Shown here in pieces: positions 1 to 7,071 of a DNA stretch of 20,000 nucleotides. This DNA is from Syntrophales bacterium. Its GTDB lineage: Bacteria; Desulfobacterota; Syntrophia; Syntrophales; UBA4778. The translations under genes and the position numbers were made by a program. The stretch lies in contig CAXXQE010000001.1 in NCBI GenBank assembly GCA_963665615.2, positions 811,286-831,285 of the forward strand, written 5' to 3'. Every line of letters begins with the position of its first letter. Positions within the stretch are counted from its first letter, which is position 1. Below the pieces are notes generated by a model that was given only the letters and a program-made list of their open reading frames with translations, searched no databases and was not told where the DNA came from.

Positions 1-3000
1 GTTCTTTTCATAGGTGCTGGACTGGGACATCACCTTAATAATCACGACGGGGCAACTTGTCCCGATGGGGCGACATTGTCAAAACAACTGAGTGCTGAAT
101 TTAATCTAGACAATGAAATTGAAGATCTTTCGGTTTCATCTGCTTTAGTAGAAATTAGAAAAAGCCGTGGGGCCTTGCTCGATTATCTTAGAAAGCGGTT
201 GCTTGCTTATGAGCCAGATGAAACTTATCGATGGTTATCCACAGTTCGTTGGAAAGCAATTTATACAACAAATTTCGATGATGGACTATTGTCTGCGTAT
301 CATAAATCTGGAAATGCTGCTCAAAATATTGTTCCTATTTACGCGACTGCTGATTTTAAGGATTTTAGTTATTTTACAGATGTCCCTGTCTACTTCATAC
401 ACGGTTGTCTTACCCAGCCTAGCCTACCGATTGTTATTACGCAGGATGATTATAGTCGCTTTCGAGAGAAAAGAAGAATGATGTTTGAACAACTAAAGAT
501 CCATCATGCTCAATGCTCTTTTTTATATATTGGCTATTCCCATAGAGATCACAATTGGCAAGTAATATATTCGGAACTGTTATCAGAATTTCCTGAAGGT
601 AAACTCCCGCGCTCTTATCGAATTGATCCAACACCCGATCTAAACCAGGCTGAAATACTTTCAAGTAAAGGAATAGAAACTGTTGCCTGCAATCTCAATA
701 CGCTTATTGATGCATATAAACAATATATTCAAGTGCAGGGAACAGTCTCACCTATGTGGAAGTTACCGGAGCGTTGTCCTGCTGCGCTTGAAAATGCGTT
801 TAACGAAGCCCCCGCAATGTGCAAACGTTTCCTTGGCAACTGGGAGTATGTGGGTGCAGCCGATATACAAGAACAACCAAACATTGAGGAATACTATAAA
901 GGGACAAAAGCAAATTGGTCGTTAATTGATACAGCAGCTAATTTTGAGCGGGATATTGAAGATGCAATCTTTGATAACATTCTTGATTTCGCGACTGATC
1001 CCATAAGTCGGTGTCGGGCCGAAATACTTCTTGCACCTGCTGGGTACGGAACTACAACTGTTTTAATGGCACTTTCGTGGAAAGCAGTAAAAACAAATAT
1101 GCTGCATGTACTCTTTATGAAGGATAGTGCATCTTTACTCGAAGGTGATGTTGACTTTGCAATAAATAACTTAGACGGGAAGATTATTTTTGTGGTTGAT
1201 CATGCCAATAGGTGCCATGAAATATTGAATGATGTAATTGTAAGGTGCAAGGTAGATAAGAGAAATTGTTTTTTTCTTCTAGGTTCTCGGTTAAACGAAT
1301 GGAGACAAGAAAGGCCAAGAGTGAAGTGCCGAGAGCATCTGATAGAATCGCTATCGCAAGCAGAAATAGATCGACTTATAGACGTACTAAAAAAGAATAA
1401 CTCATTGGGAGAGTTAGCAAATTTAGATGATGAATTGAGGCGAAAAATATTAATCAATAAACACCAGAAGGAACTCTTAGTGATAATGCGCGAAACCATT
1501 GAACATAATGGATTTGATGCAATTATTGAAAATGAGTACGAGGGAATTGATGATGATACCGTGAAGTCGCTGTATGGTGTTGTGGCTGGCATGCACCAAT
1601 ATGGCATTTTGTCACGGATGACTCTACTCGGTGATATGATAAAATGTAACATTGCAGATATGCCATCATTAATATCAAACTATGCAGAAGGAATAATACG
1701 CATAGTCGAGGATCCCATTAATGAAGATGTTCAATGTCTGATTACGCGACATCGCATTATCTCAAAAATTGTCTGGCATAAATGCTTTGTAGGTCAAAAA
1801 AGAGAAAGCTTATTGTTGGAGTTGATGAAACATCTAAATATAACATACAGCCACGATAAAAAAGTGTTTGAAGAGATTACACGAGATGATGAGATCGTAG
1901 ACTCAATACGTTCTTTCGAGGCGAGAACTGGATTTTATGAATCAGCGTGCAAAAAGGATATTAACAATCCATATTTGCGACAGCATTATGCCAGAATGCT
2001 TCTTAGAGAGAAGAAATATAATTTGGCGCTTAGTCAAATTGAAGCTGGACTGAATATTGATGGCAATGCCAGAATTCTATACCATACTAAAGGCCAAATT
2101 CTTGCGAAAATGGCACTCGATGCGGAGGATCAGCCGATCGGAGAGAAATACTTTGCAAGAGCAATAGACTGCTTTAACATATGTATATCTAAAAATAGGA
2201 CGGATGATTATGGGTATCAATCGTTAGCTCAACTATATATGGATTGGGCCACACGTGGGGATAATCAAGAAACATTTGCAAGAAATATAAGTAGATGTGA
2301 AGAAGTAATAAGTGAAGGCCTTCGGCTAGTTAAAGAAAAAGAAAGTCTTTTGCTTGTTTCATCTAAGCTTGAAAGAATATTAGGAGATCAGCCAAAATGT
2401 ATAGAATGGTTAAATAAGGCGCTTAAAGAGAATCCTGCGAGCGCCATCTGCAGATATTTGTTGGCGAGAGATGCTTATTATAAAAAAGATTATTCTAGAG
2501 TACTAACATTGTTAAAATTGACAATAGAAACACGTTTCGATGAGGTACGTAGCTTTATTCTTTATGCAACGACCATCGCTATTGTGGAAGGTAATTATTC
2601 AGGTGCAATTGCCATTATGAAACAGGCTGATCCGATAGCGTGGTCGGATCCAACTTTCGTTGCTACTCTTGGGGGAATGTATTCGTTGTCTGGTCAGGCA
2701 AGCGACGCTGATAACGTTTTTGAAAAAGCAAAGGAACAGAGGTTCCCTGAGGAAGAGGCAAGACAAATCAGATTTAACCCAATTAATTCTGCTGGAGAGC
2801 AGTGTGTTGCAACAGGCACAGTGATTGTAACAAAAGCTGGTTATCTACTTATACAGTCTCAACAGTATGGGAAATTTCTTTGCGCTTCTCCAAAGATTGG
2901 AGGTGCATATGTTAAAACTCAGACTCAACTGAAATATACTATGGCTTATACTGCAAAAGGCGGTGTTGCGCTGAATCCAGTAGTAGCTCAAGGCCAGACA

Positions 3001-3006
3001 GAGTAA
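1..3006 (+). CDS. Sir2-like (SIR2_2) NADase domain + STAND-type P-loop NTPase + TPR repeats + C-terminal cold-shock/OB-like domain; probable Avs/NLR-like antiphage protein (5' partial)
   Basis: Frame 1 is open from base 1 and reads VLFIGAG (the Sir2 N-terminal GAG motif) upstream of the ORF-track start at 76, so the true start lies before the window. Sir2 motifs: YTTNFD (262-279), FIHG (394-405), FLYIGYS (520-540). Walker A-like APAGYGTTT (1033-1059) and Walker B-like IIFVVD. Helical TPR-like C-terminal half (e.g. YLRQHYARMLLREKKYNLALSQIEAGL). Visibly more AT-rich than the neighbouring genes. Confidence 0.85.
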   Translation, partial: VLFIGAGLGHHLNNHDGATCPDGATLSKQLSAEFNLDNEIEDLSVSSALVEIRKSRGALLDYLRKRLLAYEPDETYRWLSTVRWKAIYTTNFDDGLLSAYHKSGNAAQNIVPIYATADFKDFSYFTDVPVYFIHGCLTQPSLPIVITQDDYSRFREKRRMMFEQLKIHHAQCSFLYIGYSHRDHNWQVIYSELLSEFPEGKLPRSYRIDPTPDLNQAEILSSKGIETVACNLNTLIDAYKQYIQVQGTVSPMWKLPERCPAALENAFNEAPAMCKRFLGNWEYVGAADIQEQPNIEEYYKGTKANWSLIDTAANFERDIEDAIFDNILDFATDPISRCRAEILLAPAGYGTTTVLMALSWKAVKTNMLHVLFMKDSASLLEGDVDFAINNLDGKIIFVVDHANRCHEILNDVIVRCKVDKRNCFFLLGSRLNEWRQERPRVKCREHLIESLSQAEIDRLIDVLKKNNSLGELANLDDELRRKILINKHQKELLVIMRETIEHNGFDAIIENEYEGIDDDTVKSLYGVVAGMHQYGILSRMTLLGDMIKCNIADMPSLISNYAEGIIRIVEDPINEDVQCLITRHRIISKIVWHKCFVGQKRESLLLELMKHLNITYSHDKKVFEEITRDDEIVDSIRSFEARTGFYESACKKDINNPYLRQHYARMLLREKKYNLALSQIEAGLNIDGNARILYHTKGQILAKMALDAEDQPIGEKYFARAIDCFNICISKNRTDDYGYQSLAQLYMDWATRGDNQETFARNISRCEEVISEGLRLVKEKESLLLVSSKLERILGDQPKCIEWLNKALKENPASAICRYLLARDAYYKKDYSRVLTLLKLTIETRFDEVRSFILYATTIAIVEGNYSGAIAIMKQADPIAWSDPTFVATLGGMYSLSGQASDADNVFEKAKEQRFPEEEARQIRFNPINSAGEQCVATGTVIVTKAGYLLIQSQQYGKFLCASPKIGGAYVKTQTQLKYTMAYTAKGGVALNPVVAQGQTE

Positions 3007-3032
3007 CCGGAAGGGAATAAGAAAGGGAGTAA

Positions 3033-3081
3033 GGGGCAGGTCTACACTCCTGACAGTTTGATGTAATTTTTCAGCCTGTCA
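3033..3081. repeat. GGGGC-tagged ~50-bp intergenic repeat, copy 1
   Basis: ggggcaggtctacactcctgacagtttgatgtaatttttcagcctgtca aligns with 3617-3667 and has an internal tgacag...ctgtca inverted pair. Confidence 0.6.
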
Positions 3082-3113
3082 CTTGTCACTCGTTACTGCG
3101 GCGTAGCCGCCGC
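3075..3113. repeat. Heptamer tract (cctgtca cttgtca ctcgtta) plus gcggc-gta-gccgc hairpin
   Basis: Read directly from the sequence; the same module recurs at 3801-3847. Confidence 0.65.
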
Positions 3114-3123
3114 CGGAGATTGC

Positions 3124-3594
3124 ATGAAAATTTATGTCGATGCGGACGGTTTTCCAAAGTTGGCCAGGGATATCCTGGTCCGGGCTGCTTTGCGGTTGCG
3201 GGTTCCGCTTGTTTTTGTCGCCAACAAGGCTGTTCGTTACGATAAGTCGCCGTTGCTTTCGAGCCTTATTGTGTCGTCAGGGCCTGATATCGCTGACGAC
3301 CGGATTGTTGAACTGGCACTTCCGGGGGATCTGGTTGTCACGGCCGATATCCCCCTGGCAGATCGCGTTGTCACCAAGGGGGCCTATGCGCTCAATCCCC
3401 GAGGCAAACTCTATACTGAAGAGAACATAAAGGAGCACCTGGCCGTGCGCGATCTGCTGAGCGAGCTGCGGGATGGCGGGCAGATCTCGGCAGATACGGG
3501 GGGACCGGCGGCCTATGGACAGAAGGACAGCCGGGCCTTTGCCAATCAGCTCGATCGCTTACTCGTTAGGTTGTTGAAAGAGGGCGCGGAATAG
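3124..3594 (+). CDS. yaiI: YaiI/YqxD (UPF0178) family protein, PIN-like fold
   Basis: Motifs MKIYVDAD, DIADDRIV, DLVVTADIPLA, NPRGKLYTEENI and GGP...FANQLDR are typical of UPF0178. GGAG RBS upstream. Confidence 0.93.
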   Translation: MKIYVDADGFPKLARDILVRAALRLRVPLVFVANKAVRYDKSPLLSSLIVSSGPDIADDRIVELALPGDLVVTADIPLADRVVTKGAYALNPRGKLYTEENIKEHLAVRDLLSELRDGGQISADTGGPAAYGQKDSRAFANQLDRLLVRLLKEGAE

Positions 3595-3616
3595 TGCAGA
3601 ATCAGGGAAAGCAGCA

Positions 3617-3667
3617 GGGGCGGCCCAAACTCTTGACAGTGTGATGGGATGCTTTTTCTGCCTGTCA
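3617..3667. repeat. GGGGC-tagged ~50-bp intergenic repeat, copy 2
   Basis: ggggcggcccaaactcttgacagtgtgatgggatgctttttctgcctgtca is a degenerate direct repeat of 3033-3081. Confidence 0.6.
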
Positions 3668-3678
3668 ACCGTGATGAA

Positions 3679-3799
3679 CTCGTAACAAATCACGTTTCGT
3701 GTCATCCCCGCGAAGGCGGGGATCCATACCGCCTTGAAAAATCTGGATTCCCGCCTCCGCGGGAATGACAATAAAGACTCGACGTTGACTTATTACGAG
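3679..3799. mobile_element. MITE-like element containing a REP doublet
   Basis: Outer imperfect inverted repeats ctcgtaacaaatca (3679-3692) and tgacttattacgag (3786-3799), 12/14 matching, enclose the REP pair at 3700-3770. No coding capacity. Confidence 0.55.
3700..3770. repeat. REP-like inverted doublet (TGTCAT-tagged palindromes), 17-bp spacer
   Basis: tgtcatccccgcgaaggcggggatcca (3700-3726) and tggattcccgcctccgcgggaatgaca (3744-3770) are 27-nt inverted copies with 3 mismatches, each a hairpin in itself. Same family as the four copies at 8891-9473. Confidence 0.9.
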
Positions 3800-3800
3800 G

Positions 3801-3847
3801 CCTGTTACCCGTGACTCGTCACTTGTTACCGCGGCGCTAGCCGCCGC
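3801..3847. repeat. Heptamer tract (cctgtta cccgtga ctcgtca cttgtta) plus gcggc...gccgc hairpin
   Basis: Read directly from the sequence; parallels 3075-3113. Confidence 0.65.
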
Positions 3848-3872
3848 GATGAGGATTCATAAGGAGAAAACT

Positions 3873-4256
3873 ATGAAACCGAGTGTCGTTTATAAAAAAA
3901 TTGTAATGATGCGTGACCTGAACCCGGCCAATACGCTATATGGCGGAACAACGATGAGCTGGATCGACGAGGCCGCATCCATCTATGCATTTGAACTGCT
4001 CGGACGTCATTTTTCTCTCGTCACCATCAAAATTAGCGAGGTGCTGTTCAAGCTCCCCGTCAATTTGGGCGACCTGCTTACCTTTTCAGCCAGTCTGAAC
4101 AAGGTTGGCCGCACGAGCCTGGATATCATGGTCAGGGTCCACAATGGCGAGCAGGAGGTCGTTTCTTGCGACGTCACGCTGGTTACGCTGGATGCGAACC
4201 GCAGGCCCACCCCACACGGCCTTCAACCGATCGACGAGACTTTGGAGTGCTCTTAG
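3873..4256 (+). CDS. Acyl-CoA thioesterase, hotdog fold (YciA-like)
   Basis: Motifs DLNPANTLYGGTTMSWIDEAA, F..PV..GD and VGRTSLDI. AAGGAG RBS at 3861-3866 favours the ATG at 3873. Confidence 0.9.
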   Translation: MKPSVVYKKIVMMRDLNPANTLYGGTTMSWIDEAASIYAFELLGRHFSLVTIKISEVLFKLPVNLGDLLTFSASLNKVGRTSLDIMVRVHNGEQEVVSCDVTLVTLDANRRPTPHGLQPIDETLECS

Positions 4257-4300
4257 ATTCGGAAACAGATGGCGCAGCTTTGACACGAGACGAATGATTG

Positions 4301-4669
4301 ATGACATTGAATGATCGTAAAAATAATGAGGAGATCGTTTATTCCACGGCGTTTGGGAAGGCGTGTCCGAAATGCGGCAAGCCTGTCAATCAGTGTGTCT
4401 GTGACAAGGCGAAGGTGATCGTTCCCTCTGACGGGATTATCAGGATCAGCCGGGAAACGAAAGGTCGAAAAGGTGCCGGTGTATCGCTCATCACGGGTAT
4501 CCCGCTCGATGCGGAAGGGCTGAAAAACCTGGCCCGTCAGTTGAAGCAGAAATGCGGCACGGGCGGTACGGTGAAAGCTGGCGTGATTGAGATTCAGGGC
4601 GATCAACGGGTCTTATTGCAGCAAGAGCTGATAAAGCTCGGATTCAAGGTAAAACTGGCCGGTGGCTGA
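4301..4669 (+). CDS. yciH: Translation initiation factor SUI1/YciH family
   Basis: Motifs IVYST, CPKC..C.C, RETKGRKGAGVSLITG and LKQKCGTGGTVKAGVIEIQGD. Start codon approximate (4298, 4301 or 4307). Confidence 0.93.
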   Translation: MTLNDRKNNEEIVYSTAFGKACPKCGKPVNQCVCDKAKVIVPSDGIIRISRETKGRKGAGVSLITGIPLDAEGLKNLARQLKQKCGTGGTVKAGVIEIQGDQRVLLQQELIKLGFKVKLAGG

Positions 4670-4726
4670 GGGACTCAGGAATGTATTTAACCTTGTTGGC
4701 TAGAACCGGTTGGCAAGTTGAAAACG

Positions 4727-4776
4727 GATTCAGCCCTTGACACGAGACATTTCTGTTCTCTGTCAAGGGCTGAATC
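4727..4776. terminator. Long hairpin between convergent genes; possible bidirectional terminator
   Basis: Perfect 16-bp inverted repeat gattcagcccttgaca / tgtcaagggctgaatc with further inner pairing. No strong U-tract. Confidence 0.55.
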
Positions 4777-4821
4777 AAGTCTCTTCTAATTGCTGTTTGC
4801 CTTGCTATGCGTTTCGTGGAA

Positions 4822-5568
4822 TTAGTCGTTCCAGCGTCTGCGCAATCCGCCGATCCCCAATAAGCCTAATCCAAGAAGCAAGAGGCTCAATGGCTCGGGA
4901 ACGCCATAATTTGACTCGACATCATGCTTCAGATCATCAAGTCCAACACCGCCTCCGTCGTCGTTCCATATGGATATTCCAGCAATATCCTTAATGCCGC
5001 CTTCTCGTGAAAATCCGTAGTATATATCGGCCAGGCCAGAAAGCGTTATGGTGTCAATCAAGCTTCCATCACGTTTGAAGAAACTGAGGTAGGCATTGCC
5101 GCCATTGCCGCCAATGATAGAAAAGCCGAACTCGGACTGGTCCGTGCTGAAGAGAACAGCGAAAGAGCCTTCCCCGATCGCGTCGAAATCTGGGTAACCG
5201 AGTTTGCCAAGCCCGTCGAGTACATTCCCGTATTTGCCTCCATAGTTGCCGGCAAAAATATTGATGTTCTGCCCCTTAAGGCCGACCTGCAAAGCCAGGG
5301 AGCCGCTTGGGGCACCGCCCAATACGTCGTTGTTGCCGCTGTATGACAGGGTCTGGCCCACAAACCTCTCGGCAAAAGCAGCGCCGCCCGAAGTAAATAT
5401 GCTGTCGTAATTGACGCCAGGGGCTGCCACCTGGGGGAGATCTTCAAAGGTTATAACTTCTGATCCCGTGAGGCTGGCATAAGAAACCTGATTAACATTG
5501 GCGGCGAGGCCGGTCCCGCAGAGCAACATGATGTGAGCAAACGCAACAAGGAAAATTATTTTTCTCAT
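4822..5568 (-). CDS. PEP-CTERM sorting-signal surface protein
   Basis: N-terminal signal peptide (MRKIIFLVAFAHIMLLCGTGLA) and C-terminal VPEP-LSLLLLGLGLLGIGGL-RRR. GGAGG RBS upstream. Confidence 0.93.
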   Translation of the reverse strand: MRKIIFLVAFAHIMLLCGTGLAANVNQVSYASLTGSEVITFEDLPQVAAPGVNYDSIFTSGGAAFAERFVGQTLSYSGNNDVLGGAPSGSLALQVGLKGQNINIFAGNYGGKYGNVLDGLGKLGYPDFDAIGEGSFAVLFSTDQSEFGFSIIGGNGGNAYLSFFKRDGSLIDTITLSGLADIYYGFSREGGIKDIAGISIWNDDGGGVGLDDLKHDVESNYGVPEPLSLLLLGLGLLGIGGLRRRWND

Positions 5569-5740
5569 CTTACATTCCTCCCTCCTTTTTTATTCTTTGG
5601 GATACCGAATTGCTGTTAATTAGAATTACTAAACTTTATCCTTCCAATCGCTTGTCTATTCTATATTGCTGTCAAGGGGCTTAACAATCCGAGATGTCAA
5701 CTGTTTTAGATAGTTAGAGCTACAATATTTCTCTAAAAAG

Positions 5741-5758
5741 AAGCAAAATTTGCACCAA
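5741..5758 (-). promoter_or_regulatory. sigma-54 (-24/-12) promoter for the PEP-CTERM gene
   Basis: Minus strand reads TTGGTGCAAATTTTGCTT, i.e. GG-N10-GC spacing with TTGC. An AT-rich tract (~5771-5798) lies upstream. Confidence 0.7.
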
Positions 5759-5821
5759 GACATTAACAGCTTAATATTATTAATAATTATTAATTTAACT
5801 TTGATGAAGGGCGTGCCAATG

Positions 5822-5928
5822 TGTAAAGAAAACTGACTATTGAAAGTGGAATGATTCCCTTCATATTTCTAACTATTAGATATTACATGACAATTATTAT
5901 TTATCAAATTATGTAAATTACTTCGACG
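5822..5928. promoter_or_regulatory. Two putative PEP-CTERM-box (PrsR-type) enhancer sites
   Basis: tgtaaagaaaactgact (5822-5838) and tgtaaattacttcgacg (5912-5928) share TGTAAA-N7-GAC and lie upstream of the sigma-54 site, as expected for PEP-CTERM genes. Confidence 0.55.
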
Positions 5929-6069
5929 CTGGGTGGAGAGGGTCTTGATATAGCTACTACCGGCTAAAGCCGTTATGTCTGGAATCGGTCGACCTGCCTC
6001 GGGAATATTGGTATATTGCAAAAATATATCCGTGTCAGGCAGAGACATTCTTGATATTGAGGAGAATAG

Positions 6070-6840
6070 ATGGTGGCGTCCAGCCCTCGACACGAGAGAA
6101 TATCTCTGATTGTTGATCCAGGTTCATGTGAGCTGAAATGGTTGTCGAAGAAACGCCTCGCTATGGAAATTAATAACTGCTATGTGATCCAATACGAGAA
6201 GTCACGCGCTGAAGTGTGCGGCCGCTATGCAGATGATGCCTGGCGAGAGATCATGGCGCTTGAAGTCGCCGCCTTCCGTCCAGAAGGCAGCGGGCATTGT
6301 CCACGAACGTGGTGCAAGCTGGCGTATGATACGGCGCATCTGTATGCGATCTTTCGGGTGGAGGATCGCTATGTGCGGTGCGTGCAGACAGGGTTTCAAA
6401 CGGATGTGTGGAAAGACAGCTGTGTCGAGCTTTTCCTGAAACCGGATGTGGGGCAAGGGTACTTCAATTTCGAATTCAACTGCGGGGGTTCGTTACTGGC
6501 TTCGTATGTGACCGATCATGTGCGGATAGACGGGCGGGTCAAGGCGGCTGTTCCGCTCGACGCGGAGGATGATGCGAAGATCCGCCGTTATCACAGTCTG
6601 CCGTCTATTGTCGAGCCTGAGATTGCGGAGGATGTGGTCTGGACGCTTGCATGCGCGATCCCCTTCGCTGTCATGGAAAAGTACGCGGGACCGTTCGGCG
6701 ATCTGAGCGGTCGCACCTGGCGAGGCAATGTTTACAAGTGCGGGAATGAAACCTCGCATCCGCACTGGGGCGCCTGGTCGCCCCTGACTGAAAGGAACTT
6801 TCATCTGCCGGAGTGTTTCGGCGAATTTATTTTTTGCTGA
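6070..6840 (+). CDS. Carbohydrate-binding family 9-like (DOMON-like) protein
   Basis: Motifs VWKDSCVELFLKP, YFNFEFNCGG, WRGNVYKCG and W...NFHLPECFG. Start at 6070 (GAGGAG RBS) or 6163. Confidence 0.85.
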   Translation: MVASSPRHERISLIVDPGSCELKWLSKKRLAMEINNCYVIQYEKSRAEVCGRYADDAWREIMALEVAAFRPEGSGHCPRTWCKLAYDTAHLYAIFRVEDRYVRCVQTGFQTDVWKDSCVELFLKPDVGQGYFNFEFNCGGSLLASYVTDHVRIDGRVKAAVPLDAEDDAKIRRYHSLPSIVEPEIAEDVVWTLACAIPFAVMEKYAGPFGDLSGRTWRGNVYKCGNETSHPHWGAWSPLTERNFHLPECFGEFIFC

Positions 6841-6932
6841 TTGCAAGTTTGACTTGCAATTTGAGATGACCGGCGGTGTTGTTCGGGAATCAAGTTGCTT
6901 ATTTTCTGGATCCCCGCTACCCAACAGGGTGC

Positions 6933-7009
6933 GTCATTACGAGCCGCCTCTCAGGCGGCGTGGTAATCTCATGAAAGATTGCCGCGTCGCTGCCGCTCCT
7001 CGCAATGAC
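6933..7009. repeat. Second GTCAT-tagged REP-like palindromic element (gtcattRcgag...ctcgcaatgac)
   Basis: Ends gtcattacgag / ctcgcaatgac are inverted (10/11). Inner gcggcgtggtaatct / agattgccgcgtcgc also pair. Confidence 0.8.
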
Positions 7010-7071
7010 AATCATGGTGGGGGCTGGTCGTGTATGAAATTTACTTTTGATCTTGGCGCGAAAGGGTAGTA

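Noticed and set aside
76..78. TTG at 76 as the start of the Sir2 gene
   Set aside because: The upstream frame is open and encodes the conserved VLFIGAG motif, so the start lies before the window.
3000..3120. Integron attC site after the Sir2 gene (stop overlaps TAAC)
   Set aside because: GAGTAAC does not fit RYYYAAC, no convincing attC stem with a matching GTTRRRY end was found, and there is no integrase in the window.
5803..5819. Second sigma-54 promoter (minus strand TTGGCACGCCCTTCAT)
   Set aside because: It has a good -24 element but no GC at -12.
6840..6860. Hairpin attgcaagt-ttg-acttgcaat as a terminator
   Set aside because: The stem is AT-rich with a 3-nt loop and a very short U-tract, too weak to call.
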